From Octopus vulgaris (lineage: Eukaryota): a stretch of 64,000 nt of DNA. The position numbers and the translations under genes were made by a program. Below are positions 58,056 to 64,000 of this stretch, in pieces. Every line of letters starts with the position of its first letter. Positions within the stretch are counted from its first letter, which is position 1. The stretch spans positions 73,160,001 to 73,224,000 of the forward strand of contig OX597827.1 in assembly GCA_951406725.2 (NCBI GenBank). The letters run 5' to 3'. Under the pieces are notes generated by a model. The model searched no databases. It saw only the letters and a program-made list of their open reading frames with translations, and had not been told where the DNA came from.

Positions 58056-58149
<94 letters not shown>

Positions 58150-58872
58150 ATGTATGTATGTATGTATGTATGCGTGCGTTTGTGTATGTATGTGTGTCAC
58201 TAATTTCCACAGATCTACTTTGACCTAGATTTGTAGCGCCAGTCAGGGTCCCAACTATGGGTTACTTAACATGTGTGTGACAGTACAGTACGTAGAAACT
58301 TTCGGGTTGGTGATTGAGGTTGCAGTAATCCCACTGGGAGTGAGGACCCCTGGTCTTTGCTAAGGCATCCCTTTAGGAGAAGCCTAACTGGTGTGTAAAC
58401 ACCGACACTATACTGAACCTGGAATCTTGCACTTTGCTTGTCTCTAGGCTTCTTGCAAGTGGGAGCCGTTGTGGCTTTGTGCAAGCTGCTCTCGACTTAA
58501 AACCATCGACTTATGGCCCTAGCATGGCCGCAGTCTAATGATTGATATAAATAAAAGATAAAAGAATGAAATGTTGATAGGCAAATGAGAAGGTAAAGTA
58601 AGCGTGAGATGGAGCGGAAGACTGAGAAAGAAAAAAGAGATGGAAGATGATTCAGAAAAGACAGCTGATGTGTCTAGTGGTTCAATAATATAGAAAGTTA
58701 AAGGATTTTAGATTTTCCATTTACACAGCGTTAACCTGGATGGTAAATCCGGATAATCCTTCAACAGATGTCTTCAATCGACATCTTCCATACTTCATCT
58801 TTCGTCGTTGAACAGACAGGCATAGATATACGCGAGCATGCATAAACACACACACACACACATGTCTATCTC

Positions 58873-58931
<59 letters not shown>

Positions 58932-58934
58932 GTA

Positions 58935-58966
<32 letters not shown>

Positions 58967-59156
58967 CGTATATATGTATATATATATATACATACATAAA
59001 TGCATACATATATATATACACATATGTATATATATATATATATATACATGTATAAACATATTTATCTGTGAGTATGTATAAATATACAAACATATATATT
59101 ATACATTCATACATACATACATACATAAATACACACACACAGATATATATATATAT

Positions 59157-59557
59157 ACTTTTATTCTTTTACTTGTTTCAATCATTTGACTGCGTCCATG
59201 CTGGAGCACCACCTTAATGGGTTTCAGTCGAACAAATCGACCCCAGGACTTATTCTTTGTAAGCCTAGTACTTATTCTTTCAGACTCCTTTGCCGAACCG
59301 CGAAGTCAAAGGGACGTAAACACACCAGCATCGGTTGTCAAGTAATGGTGGTGGTGGTGGGGGACAAATACAGACACACAAATATATACAACCATATATA
59401 GGACGGGCTTCTTTTAGTTTCCATCTGCCACACCCACTCATAAGGCTTTGGTAGATTCGAGGCTATAGTAGAAGACACCTGCCCAAGGTGCCACGCAGTG
59501 GGATTCAACCTGGAATCATTTGGGAGGGAGGGAAGCAAGCTTCTTACCACACAGCCA
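59157..59557 (-). mobile_element. SINE family A
   Basis: Matches the family consensus on the minus strand. Confidence 0.85.
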
Positions 59558-59943
59558 CAAATATGGGCTTCATCTTCATTTTGTCTTTAGGCTGCATTCT
59601 ATTTTTTTTTATTTAGTCATTGCTTTTCATCCGTCGCCTTACATGTATTCATCATTGTATGTCTGCTTCTGTATCGCTTGTTATTCATGTATTCTTTGTT
59701 TGTTCTCGGTTCAACAACCTCCGCAACTATTGTGGATGCCTCCAGCTGAGAAATAATCTTATCGTTAAAGGCACGAAATTGTGTAATTACCCTCTGGTCA
59801 ATAATTGACGAGGAATTAGGGGCTTCTGTCTGTTTTCCGTTCATTTAGTATGTTCGCCGTTCATTTGTGCATTAAACATACGATTTTTTAAAACTTGCCA
59901 TTCTGTATCTGTTTTCCTTTGTGCATTTTCTATATATTTTTTA

Positions 59944-59983
<40 letters not shown>

Positions 59984-59984
<1 letters not shown>

Positions 59985-61273
59985 GAGGGGCGTTCAATAA
60001 GTAATGCCCCTGACCCACTTCCCTTAGCAGAAGAGCAACGAAACTTGGCACAGTTATTAGTCTTTTTCTACCTAGGAGCCACCCACAGTTACGCATTTCT
60101 CCCATCGTTTGATGCAGCTCTGGAGACCGTTTTTGTAGAAGACCCTAGCTTGGTCCTCCAACCACGACATGGCTTCAGAAATCAAGGCTGCATCATCTGG
60201 AAAACGTTTTCCTTTCAAAAACAACTTCATGGCTGGGAAGAGGTGAAAATTAGAGGGTGCACGGTCAGGAGAGTAGGGAGGTTGGGAGGAGTTCATAGCA
60301 GCACGCCTGTGCTTCTGATCTGGCGACACGCGAGTTGTGGACCGGAGCGTTGTCCTGCAGGAGGAGGATGCCTTTGCTGATCTTGCCCCGCCTCTTGATT
60401 TTGATAGCTTCTCTTAATTTCCTCAAAAGTGAAGCATAATAGGCTCCTGTAATTGTGGTACCCTTTGCCAGGAAATCTGTCATCACTACTCCGTCCTGGT
60501 CCCAGAAAACTGTGAGCATGACCATGCCAGCGGAGGGCTGCACCCTTGTCATCTTTGGAGGATGTGAGTCACGGTGCTTCCAATGCATTGACTGGGCTTT
60601 GGTCTCTGGATCATAGTGATTGACTCAGGTTTCATTCTGTGTAATCAGTCTTTTGAAAAATTTTGACTCATCTTCTTGGCACATCTCCAAATTCATCCTC
60701 GAGCACTCGACGCGTTCTTGCTTCTGGAAAGGTGTGAGCAACCCGGGAATCCATCTGGCAGACACCTTTTGCATATGCAAATGGTCATGAATGATAGTTT
60801 CCACAGACCCGGTACTAATCTTGACCTCATGGGCTATTTGGCGAATAGTTATGCGTCGATCTTCCAAAATGGCAGCCTCAACTTGACGGACAGATGCCTT
60901 ATCAATGGCAGAAGGGGGCAACCAGATCTACGAGCTGTTTCCACAGAGTTCCGACCGTGTTTGAACTCATGATGCCAGCGTTTTACAAGGTCATATGATG
61001 AGGCATCATCACCATAAGTTACTTTCATTTCATCAAAAGTCTCCCGTGGTGTGCATCCTTTCAAATACAAAAACTGGATCACTGCTTGACACTCAACAGG
61101 CTCCATTTCACACTTGACTCAGTTCAAACACCTGTAAATCAGAAACTACAATTAGTTCAGAGCTGTAATTTGCTACTTAATCTATAGAGATACAAATAAA
61201 TGCACATGCAAAATTTCAGCTAGATCAAACAAATGCAAGTGGGTCAGAGGCATAACTTATTGAACGTCCCTCG
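59984..61273 (-). mobile_element. Complete-length mariner DNA transposon (1290 bp) inserted in (TA)n
   Basis: TIRs cgaggggcgttcaataagtaatgcccctgacccactt / aagtgggtcagaggcataacttattgaacgtccctcg; TA on both sides. Confidence 0.95.
60072..61106 (-). pseudogene. Mariner transposase, frameshifted
   Basis: HTH region, KVSARWIP, ITQNET*, VMLTVFWD, LLQDNA, PPYSPDRAPSNFHLF spread over four ORF pieces. Confidence 0.93.
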
Positions 61274-61304
61274 TATATATATGTATATATGTATATATAA
61301 TATG

Positions 61305-61372
<68 letters not shown>

Positions 61373-61505
61373 GTATATATATATGTATATATGTATATAT
61401 ATGTATATATATATGTATATATATATATGTATATGTGTATATATATATATATGCATATATATACATATATATATTTATATATATATATATATGTGTATAT
61501 ATATG

Positions 61506-61558
<53 letters not shown>

Positions 61559-61593
61559 ATATATATATATACATATATATGTATATATATATG

Positions 61594-61664
<71 letters not shown>

Positions 61665-61925
61665 CACGTGATCACGTGACCGACCAGGCTATCAGATGTT
61701 GCTACACATCGCTGGTCACCGCTGGCTAAGCGAGCAGGCCAACAGAAGAAAGAGTGAGAGAAATTTGTGGCGAAAGAGTACAGAAGGGATCGCCGCCCCC
61801 CCACTGCCGGAGTCTCGTGGGCCTTAGGTGTTTTCGCTCAATAAACACCCACAATGGCCGGTCTGGGAATCGAAACTGCGATCGTACGACCGCGAGTCCG
61901 CTGCCCTAACCACTGTACCATTGCG

Positions 61926-61928
<3 letters not shown>
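61665..61928 (-). mobile_element. tRNA-derived SINE, family D
   Basis: Reverse complement gaggcgcaatggtacagtggttagggcagcggactcgcggtcgt...gtttcgattccc (A and B boxes). Confidence 0.75.
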
Positions 61929-62010
<82 letters not shown>

Positions 62011-62576
62011 TATATATCAAGCAAAATATCTCGTTCTAAAATTCATAAACGAGATTATAAGTAGCAACAATATTAGACGGTATCTTTTTTTGCCACTGTA
62101 ACATAACTGTTCTATCAGTGGCTGATCTCGTAAAATGCAAAAGTACCATAGTGAGATTCGTTTTAATCTTGTTCGAGGTATTTGTATCTTAACACGTTTT
62201 ACACCAGAAAAATAGTCAGGCAGTGACGTCCCCTGGCTGGCTTGTATTTTTAACAAAACTTGTACCTTTAAGAAATTTCTGGTAGAAATATATTATCCTG
62301 TGTTCTTCAGAGTTGTAACTTGCTGATGAAGCCCTAGCAGATGATTAAAACTTTGATCCCAAATTTTCTGTTCATAAAGATAATACATATAAAGACAAGG
62401 GTTTTTACATGTAGCTATTATACACAATAGAGGCTAAAATCTATAGATAAATCCTGTAGTACATTATAGCACTGAAACAAAACACTTTGAACTCACTAGT
62501 AATACCTCAATTGAAGCATCTGCCAACACTGTCTTATATGAAATTTTATTTTTATAATTCACTTAAGGCTTTAGTA

Positions 62577-62736
62577 AGGAGTGGCTGTGTGGAAAGTAGC
62601 TTGTTTACCAGCCACATGGTTCCAGGTTCAGTCCCACTGCGTGGGACCTTGGGCAAGTTTCTTCTACTATAGCCTCGGGCCGACCAAAGCCTTGTAAGTA
62701 GATTTGGTAGACGGAAACTGAAAGAAGCCCGTCGTA

Positions 62737-62825
<89 letters not shown>

Positions 62826-63028
62826 TTGTGTGTCTGTGTTTGTCCCCCTAGCATTGCTTGACAACCGATGCTGGTGTGTTTATGTCCCCGTTACTTAGCG
62901 GTTCGGCAAAAGAGACCGATAGAATAAGTACTGGGCTTACAAAGAATAAGTCCCGGGGTCGAGTTGCTCGATTAAAGTCGGTGCCCCAGCATGGCCGCAG
63001 TCAAATGACTGAAACAAGTAAAAGAGTA
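62577..63028 (+). mobile_element. SINE family A, full length
   Basis: Head, internal (TA)n(TG)n, tail. Confidence 0.92.
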
Positions 63029-63119
63029 ACAGAGAGAGGGGACTAATTAGCGATATCTTGGTAATTTATCTGGCACACTAGCAATTCCGCTACTTCGTCA
63101 CCCTTTATTTGGATTTAGC

Positions 63120-63320
63120 CAGAAGGCTTGCAATTTAATGCGGAGGTGATTAGTCGATAATATCAATCTCAACACTAAGCTGTCAATTTATTTCATCATC
63201 TCTGGAAGGATGAATAGTAAATTTGGCTTCGTCGCGATTTGAACTCAGATGGTAAAGAGCCGGGATAAATGCGACAAATCATTTTTATGACGCTCTAACG
63301 ATTCTGGCGCCCCATCGTCT
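63120..63320 (-). mobile_element. SINE family B, old copy (another at ~63500-63680)
   Basis: ggaaggatgaatag...atttgaactcaga...gctctaacgattctg. Confidence 0.6.
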
Positions 63321-63396
63321 TATAATAAAGAGGATGATGTTGTTGATGATGATGATGATGATGACGATGATGATGATGATGATGATGATGAAGATA

Positions 63397-63480
<84 letters not shown>

Positions 63481-64000
63481 TTGATGAGTTTTTGTTTGCC
63501 GCAGGGGCGTCGGATTAGTGGGGATGGTTTCTGACTTAGTAAAAGACCAGTAAAATTTCGAGGTTTTGAGGGGTGGGGATGAGCTAGTTCGATACCATCA
63601 ACTCCAGTATTTAACTGGTACTTTATTCTGTCGACGAATGGAGGGACGAATGTTACAATTTACTTAGGTGGAATTTGAATGATTAAAGAACCTGTCTTTC
63701 CATTTCTGTTTGCCGAAACCCCAAAACACCCAGCAACGACTACCATGGAATTCAAACGAATATAAGAATTGCAAGAGAGTGACTGACTGAAAAAGATTAA
63801 GATCGACGACGACGAAGCGAAATGGAATTTTCTTCTTCAGATTTGACAGTGTAATTAAAATAAGAGTGATGTGTAAAATAGTTATTTCAGCTTAGCCTGA
63901 GGCAGTCGTGTGAGTTATTCATCAGAACTGTTTCACTTGTGAAAGACCTTAACCTATACTATTAGCATATTACCGCAGGCCAATCAAAGAGACTCTCTCT

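Noticed and set aside
61855-61928. tRNA-like sequence
   Set aside because: No proper acceptor stem, and it runs into a SINE body; other SINE heads were rejected as tRNA genes for the same reason.
62323-62355. CTGATGAAGCCC hammerhead-like start
   Set aside because: No matching stem II 3' strand or GAAA; cannot be folded.

Overview
Eukaryotic, AT-rich, extremely microsatellite-dense non-coding DNA with (TA)n, (CA)n, (CATA)n, (TAA)n, (TAC)n and (TCTA)n tracts. The tRNA-derived SINE set and repeat landscape suggest an octopus (coleoid cephalopod) genome; this is an inference. No complete host gene is visible, and most listed ORFs are translated microsatellites. One low-complexity candidate coding exon lies on the minus strand (22059-22381). 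The window holds about 30 copies of four SINE families, RTE, CR1 and R4/Dong-type LINE fragments, a complete-length mariner with TIRs, Helitron and Gypsy relics, and Penelope-like element (PLE) pieces including a GIY-YIG endonuclease. The most striking signal is a set of minimal type I hammerhead ribozyme motifs in microsatellite-embedded PLE-like fragments. These are a canonical one at 40527-40573, variants near 29.4k, 30.9k, 32.0k and 37.7k, and a 6-copy 55-56 bp tandem array (42536-42870) whose core carries a compensatory C3-G8 to G3-C8 swap. Also notable are a ~310 bp hairpin whose mismatches are all G.U or like-with-like, and a ~1.5 kb inverted duplication. All alignments and folds were done by eye, so degenerate element boundaries are approximate.
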